Positions 1 to 12,050 of a stretch of DNA of 64,000 nucleotides are shown here, one piece after another; the first letter of the stretch is position 1, and each line of letters opens with the position of its first letter. Source of the DNA: Pecten maximus (lineage: Eukaryota). The notes under the pieces were generated by a model. That model made no database searches. It worked only from the letters and a program-made list of their open reading frames with translations, and was not told the DNA's origin. The translations under genes were made by a program, and so were the position numbers. The stretch lies in contig NC_047017.1 of NCBI RefSeq assembly GCF_902652985.1, forward strand, positions 26,722,001-26,786,000, written 5' to 3'.

Positions 1-789
1 CAGGAGTGCACGTGTGTGATGTTTAAACATAGACTTAACGTACAAACCGCCAAATCGTGACGACCGACCGTATGCAATCAGCTGATCGTGTGAGGTACAA
101 TGTAAACACTTGTAAAAAAAATGTACATGTAGAATAAATTTTCAACAGAAAATGGATTTGTGGTAAATACACACACGCAGCAGAATTACATTCTCCTCAT
201 CATAAACTTCTTCAGAAAGTATCATTTGATTAGTAAGACTTAATTTATCAGTGTATATACTGATACATATTTGGACATGTTGGTAAAATTCACCATATTT
301 TAATTTATCATAGCATAACATTTAAAACAATTGACCGGGAAATTACTGTTTCCTCTAATATATATGTTACGTATTTTGCCTTTTTATCATGTACTACTAA
401 CTGTACATAGATTTCATCTGAATAATGTTTACTAGTTTTGCATGTACACGTTATATATAAGTTGTTTTTTTACTAAATACAATGTAAAGAACTGAGTACT
501 AACCAGTGATTTTAAATCTCTATAGAATGGCAGTATTCATAAAATGGATATTTAAAAACTACACTTTTTAGCAAACACTGTGAATTTGAGAATAATTCAA
601 ACATCATTAAACATTCAATATCTTATTAAGACATTAGTATTTTGTCAGGTACATGACTGTTATGGTCTATTTGGTCGGCGTAGACACAGAGGCGCGTTGA
701 GCGAGAGTCCTGGGCCCGGACCGCATTGGAGGGGGGTCGGGATAGCTGTGTAGATCAGGCAGAGTAGTGACATGGGCCTTACGTTGCTG

Positions 790-2572
790 GTTATCGCGGA
801 TAACAATACGACCATCAATGGTTAATTGTTTCAAAGCTTACCTATCTGACAGAAAGCAAAGGGTAACCTTTGAAGGATATCAATCTAGCACTAAACCTAT
901 ATCGGCAGAAGTCCCTCAAGGATCTGTCCTTGCTCCATTTTTGTTTCTTCTTTTCATTAATGATATTACTAATAATATAAACAGCAATATAAAACTCTTT
1001 GCTGATGACAACTCTTTATATGTAATGATACAAAACAATAATGATTTATATACACCTTCTTTACTGGTTAATAATGACTGGGCATATAGATGGCAAATTC
1101 TCTTCAATCCTAATAAAACAATAGCTATGAACTTCAGTCGTAGACAAAACATTGATTATCCACATCTTTTGTTTAATAATTATCTAATTCCACAAAATGA
1201 ATCTCATAACCACTTAGGGCTTACCTTTAATAGTGAAGGAACATGGGCGGACCATATTTCTAATGAGTATCAAAAAGCTAACTCTAGGTTAAGTTTACTT
1301 CGTGTATGAAAAAAAAATAGTTGATAGGAAAACTTTGAAAACTTTATATTCTTCATACATAAGACCAATATTCGAATATGCTGATGTAGTTAGGGACAAT
1401 TGCACTCAAGCCGAATCTGATCTTCTTGAATTTATTCAACTGGAAGCCATGCGTATAATAACAGGACTCAGAAGAGGTACTTCTCACCATATCTTATATA
1501 ATGAAACTCAACTAGAACCTTTAAGTAAAAGAAGACAGAATCATAAACTTGTATTAATATTCAAAATTATTAATAACTATACTCCATTGTATCTCATTAA
1601 TATTATACAACCATATTTAAATGTAAACAATATAAACACTTTTAGACATAACAGAGTATTTAATATACCACAGTCACGAACTAATAGCTACATGAAAAAA
1701 AAATTTTCCTTCAACTATGACTATGTGGAATTCACTTGATATTTCTTCTCTTAAATGCAAATTAAAAACTACAAATGATATAACTATTTCTTAACTTTTC
1801 ATGAATTCTGCTCCCAGACAACTTAACATAATTTTATGCCAGCTTAGAAATTTTAAAAGTGACCTTAATTATCATAAATATTTTGATCACCTGATTGATA
1901 ACCCATCCTGTGTATGTGATGCTCCTGGTGAAGATTAAGTGCATTTTTTCTTTCAATGTCCCATATATTCCAATTCTTGGCACCATATTCTATCCATCTA
2001 CAACTTGTTAGGTTATATACATCTTCAATGCCTAATGTATAAGAAACTATATGTAATACTGTCTTTAGTAATAATACAATTACAAGATTGTATATACATT
2101 TACTCCACTATCATAGCAAGTTTGTTATGTTAAATACTCATCCTTATAACATTCTAGTATGAATTAATGTGTGTGAGTGAGTTATTGTTGTTTATTACAT
2201 TACATATATCTTTTCATTTTAGGCTTGGTGGAAATATGCTGTGTCTTCACTTTATTAAATAATAGTTTTGTTTTCTTACTAAGTAGTTTTGAATAGTAGT
2301 TATCTCTATAATTATAACACCTATTTTATTTTATTTCATGATGAACATATACTTCCTTACATTAATCCCTTTTGAATTAGATAATATACATGTAATGATA
2401 TATAATTTCTGTTGAAATAATAAAGTGAGACATATCATCTTTCTACTAAGCCTAACCGGATGTAATAGAAGATGACTGCTATTGGCTTTGCGCCTGTTGT
2501 CTTATTCTTTTGACAATACTTTGTATTCATTTATATTTGTATTGTTAATAAAATATTTCTGAAATGAAAATG
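790..2572 (+). mobile_element. 5'-truncated, degenerate CR1/L2-group non-LTR retrotransposon (RT C-terminal part, zinc knuckle, 3' UTR)
   Basis: ORF 767-1309 carries RT motifs YLSDRKQRV, VPQGSVLAPFLFLLFIND, LFADD and HLGL. It continues by frameshift into 1302-1739 (LYSSYIRPIFEYA, LEPLSKRR). A C-x-C...E...HFFFQCP knuckle with an in-frame stop lies near 1910-1960. The AT-rich 3' UTR ends in AATAAA plus a short TGAAA-type tail at ~2547-2572. Confidence 0.9.
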
Positions 2573-3087
2573 ACACCACTCAAATACATTTTACAACACA
2601 TTATGCAAAATACTATAAACATGTATGGTACTGTTCATTAGACAACCATTCTGTTCTTTTTTTTTTCTGGTTTTTTTTAGAATTGAATTTATTTGATCTG
2701 TTATTTATCGTTGATCTTTTTATCTTTTATCTGTTATATTTCTTTTTATAAGCATGTACACAATGGTGGAAAAATTTCCGTGTTATCAATTTCTAAATAG
2801 ATATTAGCTTTTACCTTTATGGCAGTTTTTATCAGGTTATCATTCACTATAGATATCGTTAAGTAAAATGACAGATACCAGTGATAACGAATGGAGAGAA
2901 GAATTAAAATGAGTCCCGAAATTAAAGGTCAAAAATCAATGAAAGAGTATAAAAAAATATAATTTACTGGACGATATACAGAGTTCGCTTCATCTGACGT
3001 GCATCTTTAATAGGACAACATATTTAAAGCTTAACTTTGTCAATTTGTTGGATGACAGGAAACAATAGGGTTTTTTTATCGAGATGT

Positions 3088-3325
3088 CTGATTCAACCTC
3101 GTCATCTCGCGCATATCGATTTCGCGTAAATCCGAGAGTTCCTAAACACGTTTGGAAAGTTTGCGCACATCTTTGGAATGAGAAAGCTCCAACTCGTTCA
3201 TTTGTTCTGTCAACATTACTAACTGCTGACCAGCAGTGGTAGTTTAATGTAATCAGACTTAACCTCTCTTTCTTGAAACATATTGAACAACAATATGCAC
3301 AATATTCGAATGAATTGATTGCCAT
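3088..3325 (-). pseudogene. C1qDC copy E: remnant of exon 1 (coiled-coil region) only
   Basis: An alternative minus frame reads TTAGQQLVMLTEQMNELELSHSKDVRKLSKRV*ELSDLREIDMREMTRLNQ, closely matching exon 1 of copy B (ELSHSNDVGKLTKCVQELSDLRDIDMREMTQSN). It has a stop and frameshifts, and no gC1q exon follows it within the window. Confidence 0.8.
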
Positions 3326-3687
3326 TTCCGATGTTTGTTGTCAACGCGCAAGCAAATAACGCGCTGCCAAGATGGACAAGATGGTTGTATATTGTTTCAT
3401 CCTGAATAGTCAGGTGCCACCAGTTCTTTTTTTCTGTAGTTGAAGTAGAAAGAAATGGTGCCCTGTAATATCAACATTAAGGTCAAAATGAAAATACGTT
3501 TAGGTTGTGTGGGAGGGTGGGTGTGGATATGTGTGCAGGTATGTGTGGTTGTGTGTGGAAGTTATACATGTTTATCTGCTTTGCAGAAATACTCATGGCT
3601 GTCCATATGTTCCTTACACCACAAACATCATATGTCTGTTTGTTTTTGATTTTTTGTTTTTATTATTTTATCATGACATGAGAACTT

Positions 3688-3757
3688 GTGATGATGTTGA
3701 TGATGACAAGGATGAGAAAATGATTATGATAGTAATGATGATTAGGATGAAGGATTG

Positions 3758-3793
<36 letters not shown>

Positions 3794-4275
3794 GACAATA
3801 ATTATGATAATTATTATGAATGATTATGATTGATGATAATGATAATGATGATGATGAGACAATAATTATGATAATTATTATGAATGATTNNNNNNNNNNN
3901 NNNNNNNNNNNNNNNNNNNNNNNNNNNNNNNNNNNNNNNNNNNNNNNNNNNNNNNNNNNNNNNNNNNNNNNNNNNNNNNNNNNNNNNNNNNNNNNNNNNN
4001 NNNNNNNNNNNNNNNNNNNNNNNNNNNNNNNNNNNNNNNNNNNNNNNNNNNNNNNNNNNNNNNNNNNNNNNNNNNNNNNNNNNNNNNNNNNNNNNNNNNN
4101 NNNNNNNNNNNNNNNNNNNNNNNNNNNNNNNNNNNNNNNNNNNNNNNNNNNNNNNNNNNNNNNNNNNNNNNNNNNNNNNNNNNNNNNNNGATGATGATGA
4201 ATAATGATGATGATGATATGCTCTAGTTAATATTAAACAAGTAATAGACGATTAATGAGAAAGATGATGATTTTG
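3688..4275 (+). repeat. (GAT)n microsatellite / low-complexity tract spanning a 300-N assembly gap (3890-4189)
   Basis: Direct reading: GATGATGAT runs flank the N block on both sides. Confidence 0.95.
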
Positions 4276-7200
4276 ATGAAGGATGGGAATGATAATGGAA
4301 TGAATTGTATACTTGTATGTGAGTGGATATAACATGTATATGTCTTTATTATCAAATGCTTTTGAAAATAAAAAAATTATAAAAAAAAATGAAAATACGA
4401 TAAACCATAAACGTAGTATTACAGAATGAGTATCACCAACACCTGTGTACATAACTAGGCCCTCCAGTACTGATAGTGTTCCTTTTTGTTTTCATGAGAT
4501 AATATTCTCATTACTATCGTATTGCACCAATGAAACAATTTCATTCTTTATTTATTTATTTTATATATATATATATTAAAGTCTTTCTGACATTCGTTTG
4601 AAATCCGTATTGTTTTTGAGTTTGTTTTTTTTCCGGCTTGGAAATACATTCACTGATTTCGTTCGTGATCGAGTTTTGTACCGCTTCAGGCTTGGATGCA
4701 CATTAATTTTGTGAATTGAGTAAAATTGTTATAAAGTTTTAAGATTTAAGTACTAAAACAAATACTAGTGTACTGAAAACACATCATCCGACAAAACGCT
4801 GACATCACATAAATCCTCCACTAATAAATCTGCGACTAAAATCCACGTTGTTGTACTTTTTTAGTGTAATTTTGAGCTCTGACATCCCGGCTCCCAGAGT
4901 GCATCACTTATACTGTCACAGGGGTTTGGATTCATACCGTCTTTTGAATAACCGCCAAAACTAAAAATGTCATTCACTCTTTATAAAAATCAAGCTTAAA
5001 AGGGTTTTCGAGTGTTGTGGTTTTCCCTATTGTTGTCTCATAGCCCCTATCGTCTCGTCTCGAGTGACAAAATCACACATATACTATACATACTATATTC
5101 ACACTGTGCATTACATTCAACATCGATATCGTAATAAGCAAAACGTATCTGGAGCTATATTTTGTGTTAACTTGGGGACGAAAGTAGATGACTGACCGTG
5201 TTCCACTACAATGCACATATGTACGATAGGTAAAACAATGTAATGTCATACCGTTGCGAGCGAAGGTTGTAAGCTGACGGCGGTAATTTTGAATTCTTAA
5301 CCGTTAATATAAGGATTGATGTTCAACTTTGTTGCTGGCATTCTTCATTAGTCAATGCACGCAACAAAACTGAAAGCTCTTAAATAACAGCTGACTACGG
5401 CTTGTCTCACTGATGTTACCTGTTGCTGTGTGTAATAACCTAGTTCTCTCACATCATTTAGAAACAAAGTCATTCAAGCTGAAGCTTGGTTAAACCTTAT
5501 CTCTTTCTTTGCATTTTGATCTTCACCAAGCATTATATTTTGTTGTGTGGATCGAAGAGGTGTGGTGTTTCAATAATGTATGGTCAACATTTGACTATGG
5601 GGATAAATTTCAAACGGAAGCCTTTGAGGTTGTTTCTGTCAAAATCGGAATTAACCCTATAATATTTGTTATCGACTTTTAATTTGTCGAATTTTCATAT
5701 GTACTCGTTATCCGCGCATATTCTTAGGATTAATTTATTATATAGTCAGTGTTTTGTCTTCGTTGCTTCATCGGAACTGTTCAACTAGGAAAACTAAGAA
5801 ATCGTTTAAATGGAAATCCCCAGATGAGTCCTACAGATTTTCCAGGTTCCTGCGGATCTTCATCAATTATATTTTGTGAAGAGGCTAACGTCAATATCTG
5901 CTTCTTATGCCTTTGATTGAGGTTGACATGAAGATATCACCTTCCTTATTATAATGTCTCTACTTGTGACTTAAAATGCAATGCATGCATGTTCTTGATT
6001 TGTAGTATTTTATTAACTAATCATCTTTATGTAATGCGATATTATTATGAATACGCCGGGTGTATGACATTCTGATTTATTATCTATTTGAAATTCTTTG
6101 TCAAAAACTACGATATGTAAAATTGCCTCAAATCAACGTTATGATTGGTGTTAAATTACGGTGTTGTAATTAAAAAATTCCATTAACTGAAATAAGACCT
6201 AATTTACCGTTCCTCAAGATGTTTTTACGTTTGCTGATACTCCAACATTGTTAAAGATTTACACGGCGAAACAATTATGATGGGGAAACGTGTAACCTTT
6301 AACTTCACAATGGCGATTTGCCCAATGATGACTGTCACATTCGGATTTCAATAAGATATTACGTTTTTCGCAAATACGAAGCATCAAAGATTTTAAATAC
6401 TTAGTCTTCGCAATTAATTAGAAACGGTTATTTTTTCTCCTTTAAATTTGAAGATTAAGGAAAATCAGCCATTTTCACTGAAGAGATAAAGAAACGCAAT
6501 GTAAATGCAAAAAACGTCATGCAATTATTCACAGGGGAAATAAAACGGAATTGCTTTCCGTTTCGTTGTTTGCATTTGTTTTATATAGAACACTATTTTC
6601 GGTTTTGCATAGACTGCATTATTTGAAAGATAGGTCAACTTGCCATGGACTGCAACTGAGAGTTTTTGTCTTAATAATTTAGCATTTGTCGAAAGTGTTG
6701 CAAGAAGTATCTTCGAAAAAAAATTCTGCCCAAATCAGAACCATGTAAGCGACCAGGGGAAAATCGACCACCATATATTTTCCATTTGTTGACAGTTCAG
6801 GATATATAAAATGGATCATATTCGCACAAACAAATATCACCTTTGGATCATCACAATTATACCAACTGGAACAAAATCCTCACAACACACCACCTGATCA
6901 ATTCGCACAAACTCACCTTAGATTCTCAGTACCAACAAAATCGTCTGGAATACTCAATCACCCGTTAGAAATGTCGCATATTCTGTCACAGAATCAGTCA
7001 GCATTTGCCCTAAGCTTTCGTTCTATATTACTGTTTTGAGTAAATATGATTAAAGAATATTTTGATGAATCGGTAGGTTGTTTTTTCTCTATTTGGTATC
7101 TCCAATGCTTGTGTGTCTAAAAGTTTTACTCCATAGTACATTCATTCAAGCGACTTTTTCTTGTTAACCAACTGTTAAAATACCTTATACATTGATTTCA

Positions 7201-7410
7201 AGTGTTGTTCAAACAATTGATATATTTAACTATTAAAGAATTTCCATGAGCCATATGAATACAACATTTTGCCAGTTAGTTCCTGAGATAATGGCTTCCA
7301 AAAATATCGTGATAGAATGAGAATGGAATATTCACAAGGATAACATCAGATAGACTGTTTTGATTTATTTAGGGTGCTAAGAATAACCAACACAATTTGG
7401 AGATATATGA

Positions 7411-8714
7411 TCAGAGGCGAAAGCCAGTAAACATTGATAGATAAGGTTGTATATCAGAGCCAGACCCGTGTCTATTCACAAGAACCCAAACTACATCTCC
7501 GACCTCCAAATGTACAGTTACTGTTGCAGAGCCAGCAATGGAGAAACCTGTATCCTGGCCAGTTTGGGCTGATCCGATGACAGCGTTGTTACGTACTAAA
7601 TCAGTAAAAATGAAATGATGGCCTTCTACAAATATCGACCAAGAAAAGACGTAAACTCCAGTCTGAGTACACGTAAAGATGCCGGTATCTGAGTTATAGT
7701 GGGCGCCTCCAGCGTTGGTGATGACGTGGTTATATTTTACAACGTGGTTGTTGGATGGATCGGATATTTGATGTGCAAGTATCGCATGGAACGCCACAAC
7801 GTCTTCTTTTGGACCTAGGGATGAATGCGTTAGTTTCAGTTTCAAATCGAATGTCCAACTTTATTATGTTACTCGCGTTTGGCGCTTAGCATAGAAATTC
7901 TCAAAGCCATCGGAACGACAAGAAAACGTAATAGCCTTTAACTTTTTCTTTAATATTTTGAATCTAATTTTCAAATTGAAAATTCGAACGATGAAAACAA
8001 CCTCAAACTTAAATGATATTCTATGTATGCTCAGATAAAGAAAATATTCGAAGATAGAAATTTGTAGATATCAATGTCTCGTTGAATATAAAGATAGACA
8101 AATTGGTGTTTAGAAATTGTCGATATGAAATAACACACTGTTCGTCATGCACTTACTGACACGAGTAATCCTGTGATGCCCAGACTGGATCCTTCTTTTC
8201 TCATCACTGCTTATAGAGCTCGCTTGGTGTGCCATGCTTTGGTTTGTCCTCTTCAGCTGTAGTTGATTCATTAGAGGTTGTTTCAGCGGGCGACCTCAGT
8301 GTTAGGTTACTTCCCTTGTTATACGGCTTGTCGCTGTAATGTGGAAATCTTATCTTTATCACACACACGCTCCAAATTCTTTATCCTTTGTATAAACATC
8401 GATGTCATGTCTGAATCTATGACGCATAAACGTTTAAGTTCCTTCACTTCCTTGTTCAGCTGGGTGATTTCACGCAAATCATTTTTGCGTGAATCCGAAA
8501 GTTCCTGTACACGTTTGGTCAGCTCGTTCACATCTGTGGAATGTAAAAGTTCTAACTTGTTCATTCGTTTGGTAAGCGTCGCCAACTGCTCAGTAAGAAT
8601 GATCGTTTGGTCAATGGGATCAGTCTGAACCATCTGGTCTGGAAACATTTGGAAAGCTGCTATTGCTCCCATCATAGCCAATACACATATTATATTGCTA
8701 TTCGCCATACCCAT
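7411..8714 (-). pseudogene. C1qDC copy A (exon 1 8714-8157, exon 2 7814-7411); exon 1 frameshifted, gC1q exon intact
   Basis: Signal peptide MGMANSNIICVLAMMGAIAA is followed by a coiled coil. The GTAAGT donor is at 8156-8151 and the acceptor CCCTAG ends at 7815. Exon 2 encodes a full gC1q domain (VAFHA...YNSDTGIFTC..GVYVFSW...LEVGDVVWV...SMFTGFRL). The exon-1 frame stops at 8319 and needs about two frameshifts to reach the donor (..RRIQSGHHRITRV). Confidence 0.8.
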
Positions 8715-9877
8715 TATTACATGTAATTAACGAGGTAACTTCTAAGGAAGCCGCCAACAAAGTGTCTAGAATATGGCTTTATCTGATCATCGCGACTTGT
8801 CACGTGGACTTACCTGTTTTTATCTTTAATAAAGAAAAGACGGTGTTCAAATTTAACATATGGTTTAGCCACGACCCTTTAATGCGAACTGCTATCTTTC
8901 TTGGCAACGACAATGGGCAGCATTTTCCTTGATATAGGTTCATGAAGTATGGAATATCTTACAGGTTAAAATATTCTTTAAAATTTTTACTACATAAGCT
9001 CTTGCTATCAAAATACTTATCTTTGGTAACAATCAAAAGCGATTTACTATTGCTTTGGACAGCAATAAAGCCTTCAATTCTTGTATTATTGTTATATTTT
9101 TGAGTATGACGTAACAATAAAATGTTTTGCTGTAAAACTTAATGATTTGCTTCAACACACGTTCATAATATTAAACCTTTAAGTAGTAATTTCTGACGTA
9201 CAGATAAAAACAGATTTGGTTTCTTATCAATTATGTCAGATGTATTACACACACGCTGTGTAAATGTGTGACAGACTTGAATTTTGTATTACCTCTTTTG
9301 GGCTGGTCTTTCAGCCTTGTGTATCATTGAAATGTTTTGACTTCATAATTGTTGTTAAAACAAAGGTTGCATTAATGTCAATATGAAATACACAAAAACC
9401 TTTCTAAAAACCTATGACAGCAGTGAAAATAGCAAAACGTCATTGTCACCTATAGAAAAAGACACAACATGGGCACTGCACTTTTGTGACATGTACACAT
9501 ATATGAATTGTTTAGTTCATCGGTTTTCAAGTTGTAGCCCGGAAAGACTCTGCGGACTGGTGGACGGAGGACGGGTGGATAGAACTAAAGATAATATCCC
9601 ACACAAATGCGATTTGCAGACGATTACAAGATGAGTTGTACCTGTCATATTCTTATCCTGACATAACATACAAAGACCTTTTGGTGTAAAAATCCTTACA
9701 TGCATTTTGCAGTTGTGGAGCAATATACACTTCTGAGAAAAACAATAAGTTGGATCCATAAGTAACAATTCCCCATCAAACCCTACTCTTGCGTCATAAT
9801 TACTAACAAACCAAATACCTTGTCTCTTAATGGTATATTAGTAACATTGTTTTAATTTGCTGAATCAGATTGATTTA

Positions 9878-11029
9878 TCACAAGCGAAAGCCAGTGAACA
9901 TGAATAGGTTTTCTAATACATCGGATCCACTGTGGTGGCTACGAACACGTACCCATACCCATACCTCCAGGTGTGTTGCGGCAGTTGCAGATCCGGCTGT
10001 GTAGCTGCTTGTGTCCTCGCCTGCTAAACTGAACCCTATAACGTCATTGTTGCGTACTAAATCCGTATAAATGTATTGATTGTTAAATACAAATATAGAC
10101 CAAGAGAAAACCTAAACTCCAAATATAGACCAAGAGCAAACATAAACTCCAGCCCTAGTAAAGGTTAAGACGCCAGTACGTGTGCTAAAGAGGGCGCCTC
10201 CAGTGTTGATAATGAAATTTTGTATTACACCGGGTGGTTTGTGTGTTGATGGATATCTTGTGTGTAAGGGTAGCATGGAGTACCATATTTACCTCAACCG
10301 AACCTGGGGAGACAAATATCGTTTGTAAAATATGCATACTGCTATATTACTATGATTATATTCATTGTTCGAAATCATTTAATACTGAAATTAGCATTTA
10401 CATGTACAAGGGATTTAAATTGTTACTGTTTTTATTCCTCATTCAAATACGTACTAACACGAGATGTCAGTCTGTTTGGCCTGGACAGGGATCCTATCCG
10501 ACCTCTCACTTAATTTGGATCTCAGTTTTCTACGAGGTGTCGACCTTTCATTCCCCGTCATCGTCGTTTCCCGAGGTTTGTCATGAGACGACAGTGGTAT
10601 CTCACTTGTATTATAATGCGGCGTCTCGTTATGTAGAATATGTATTTGCTTAGATACATCAATTTGTTCATATTCATCACAACGACGCTCGATTTCCTCG
10701 ATACGTTGAGTCAAAAAAAGAGGTCATGTGTACAGTTTTACTCGCAAACGTTGTAGTTCTTTTACTTGTTTATTCGACTGCGTCATCTCGCGCATATCAA
10801 TATCGCGTAAATCCGACAATTCTTGCACACATTTGGTAAGCTTGCCCACATCATTGGAATGAGAAAGTTCCAAGTCGCTTTTTCGTTTTTTCAACATCGC
10901 CAACTGCTCATCAGCAATGGTAGTTTGGGCAATGGAATCGGCCTGAACCGTTCTATCTAGAAACATAAGTACCGGCAATGTGTACAATCTTTGCATGAAT
11001 GTATTACTATTTTCTCTGTTTGTTGTCAT
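9878..11029 (-). pseudogene. C1qDC copy B (exon 1 ~11029-10455, exon 2 10303-9878), disrupted
   Basis: Coiled-coil exon with in-frame TGA at 10724-10726 and a frameshift before the GTACGT donor at 10454. The gC1q exon has a frameshift, an internal 30-bp duplication containing TAG and a deletion in the LxxGDxVW motif, and ends MFTGFRL*. Confidence 0.85.
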
Positions 11030-11820
11030 CGTGCAAGCAAGTAAGGCCTTTGATAAGGTGGCCACAATATATATTGGTCGTATATTATTTTATCTGTCAC
11101 GCTTCGCCAGTAGTAAATTTTATCGGTTGTTGAAGTAGAGACAAATGTTGCGCTGTTATATCAACATTACGGTCAAAAGGGCAATGCGATAAAACCACAA
11201 CCTAGAAGAATCACTAGGGCCTTCAGTATTAATAGTTTTACCTATTCATATTATTATCATTACTGTTGCATTGCACCAATTAATGAAACTCTTGTTTTAT
11301 ATCACGAATCCCCTAATGGACCCTACTGGGCATTACCTATATAGCATAAGACATGTTTACCCTACTCCGCCTCAATGTAACTAGTAAACCCAGATTACTT
11401 CAATCTTTACATTGGTGATATATTGTTGTACTGCTTTGCAGTTCCTTTCATTTGAACGAGGTTCACTTCCCTTCATCAGTCCACGCAAGCCACAAAATTG
11501 ACAATTTCTTAAAAAACAACTGATTACTGCTTGTCTCACTTATGTAAAGTATCTGTGTGTGTAATAGCCTACTCCTGTCTTTTTTACTTAAATAAGCATT
11601 TTTATTTTCATTTGTTGATTTGAGCTGAACTTGGTTAAACATTATTACTTTCCTTGCATTTAAATCTTCCTCTTGCATTATACTTTGGTGTGTGGTTTCG
11701 TTTGGTTAATGTTAAATTGATACATTTGTACTGATTTTACGAAGTCACTTGGACGGAAATATGTAGTGTTAGAATAAAATATTATCACCATTTAATTATG
11801 GAAATAGACTTCAAACGGAA

Positions 11821-12050
11821 GGGGCCGCGGTGGCTGAATGGTTAAGGTGTCCCGACACTTTATCACTAGCCCTCCACCTCTGGGTTGCGAGTTCGAAACC
11901 TACATGGGGCAGTTGCCAGGTACTGACCGTAGGCCGGTGGTTTTTCTTCGGGTTCTCCGGCTTTCCTCAGCCTTCAAAACCTGGCACGTCCTTAAATGAC
12001 CCTGGCTGTAAATAGGACGTTGATAAAAAAAAACAAAAAAAAACAAAAAT
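11821..12050 (+). mobile_element. tRNA-derived SINE with A-rich tail and ~10-bp target-site duplication
   Basis: Pol III A box (TGGCTGAATGG) and B box (GTTCGAAAC), 3' AGGACGTT plus an A/AAAC tail. Flanked by TCAAACGGAA (11811-11820) and TTAAACGGAA (12051-12060). Confidence 0.9.

Noticed and set aside
3455-4452. Asp-rich / poly-X ORFs (possible acidic shell protein)
   Set aside because: They are translations of the GAT microsatellite and the N gap. There are no supporting splice signals, and the segment is absent from the paralogous unit.
7815-7845. Track N-termini of the gC1q ORFs (also 14859-14916) as real starts
   Set aside because: These are intronic extensions upstream of AG acceptors; the real N-termini are in the upstream exons.
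11821-11905. tRNA gene
   Set aside because: A and B boxes are present, but there is no complete cloverleaf; it continues into a SINE body, A-tail and TSD.
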